Positions 34,832 through 35,744 of a DNA stretch of 35,744 nt are shown here, one piece after another. The translations under genes and the position numbers were made by a program. Position 1 is the stretch's first letter, and each line of letters starts with the position of its first letter. The stretch is from contig NC_068982.1 in NCBI RefSeq assembly GCF_001194135.2, forward strand, positions 82,800,404 to 82,836,147, given 5' to 3'. The DNA comes from Octopus bimaculoides. Taxonomy: Eukaryota. The notes beneath the pieces were generated by a model, which saw only the letters and a program-made list of their open reading frames with translations, had not been told where the DNA came from and ran no database searches.

Positions 34832-35744
34832 TTTTGTCTCCACCATCTTTGCATTTGTTTCCATTTTTCGATCAAGTACTTGTCACAGAACTTTGTACAT
34901 CATTCCAGTTGAGACTACTTTCCAGAAGCAAAATCATGCCCAAGCTGAAGGCTCCTCTTTTCCAATCCTCATGTACGAATGATCAGAATATAGCTTCTGC
35001 TTATCCTGCTCTTTGAGCTTTCTGCTGTTGTGGTATTTTATGCTGTCTATGTACAACCTATTGACAGCACTCTGTTTATGGCGTGCATCAGGCTCACTAT
35101 CAATCTCAAGTTTCCTGCGAGTTGCATTCCAAGAAACTTGAGGTATATGTGGATGCTATTTATCTGTTTCTGCTGTTGTAAGAGCACACTTGAGTATGGT
35201 AGTAGAAGGCATTGTAGGTAAGGCAATTTTTTTCTGTGGCATTATTGATGGAAACAAATTATTTAAAAAGTTATTGTAAGCAAGTGTCCTTTCCTGTTAT
35301 ATCACTGTGGTAAAAAAAATAACCTTTAATGAAAAAGAAATGAACAATAAAAAAGCTACACGAGCGCTGGTGTTGCAGAATGAAATTGTCAGTATCTGAT
35401 GCAAACCTGTGGCTATAACGTTGACGAGAAATTGGGAAAATGTGATTTCAAGAAATGTAAGGCGTAATATGATTCGAGTTGCAGAACGTATGGAAATGTA
35501 AAGAAATAAAGAAGATAGCATTTTGTGACCGATTTTCTTTTAATTTTTTGATAAAATAACTTTTGATGTGAGGCCTCAGAGTAAATGTTGAGAGAGAAAG
35601 GGAAAGATGATGAAAGTAAAGCCGTTGGAGAGAGAAAGCAGGAGAGATAGATAACATCCAACCAAGAGAGTACGTTTCCCATTCATCCACTTATTTTATT
35701 GTTTAGCTCTTTTCTTTCCGTTTCTCTTTTTTTTTTTTTTTTTT

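Overview
This is animal nuclear DNA from a draft assembly, with nine N gaps totalling about 4.1 kb. It is saturated with microsatellites and decayed transposons. The SINE and repeat content looks octopus-like (inference from recognition, not a database hit). There is no intact protein-coding gene, rRNA, tRNA or CRISPR array, and almost all supplied ORFs are microsatellite or N-gap artefacts. Supported content includes at least five Penelope-like element (PLE) fragments: three with the CxCx5C / C-terminal CxxC GIY-YIG signature of the Hydra type, one clear Neptune-type, and one unassigned RT thumb. Also present are three RTE LINE 3' fragments, an R4/Dong-type restriction-like endonuclease 3' end in (TAA)n, two mariner remnants, two TA-flanked MITE-like inverted repeats, a Helitron RepHel fragment and several tRNA-derived SINEs. 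The best discovery candidate is a type I hammerhead ribozyme on the minus strand (31990-32118). It has an intact core, a palindromic stem III and an unusually large 100-nt stem II. A second, partly decayed hammerhead lies in the 3' UTR of a PLE whose GIY and YIG motifs are split by about 560 bp of low-complexity sequence. Two short, symmetric phase-1 candidate exons on the minus strand hint that the window may be intronic. All protein assignments are from manual translation and motif recognition and need database confirmation.
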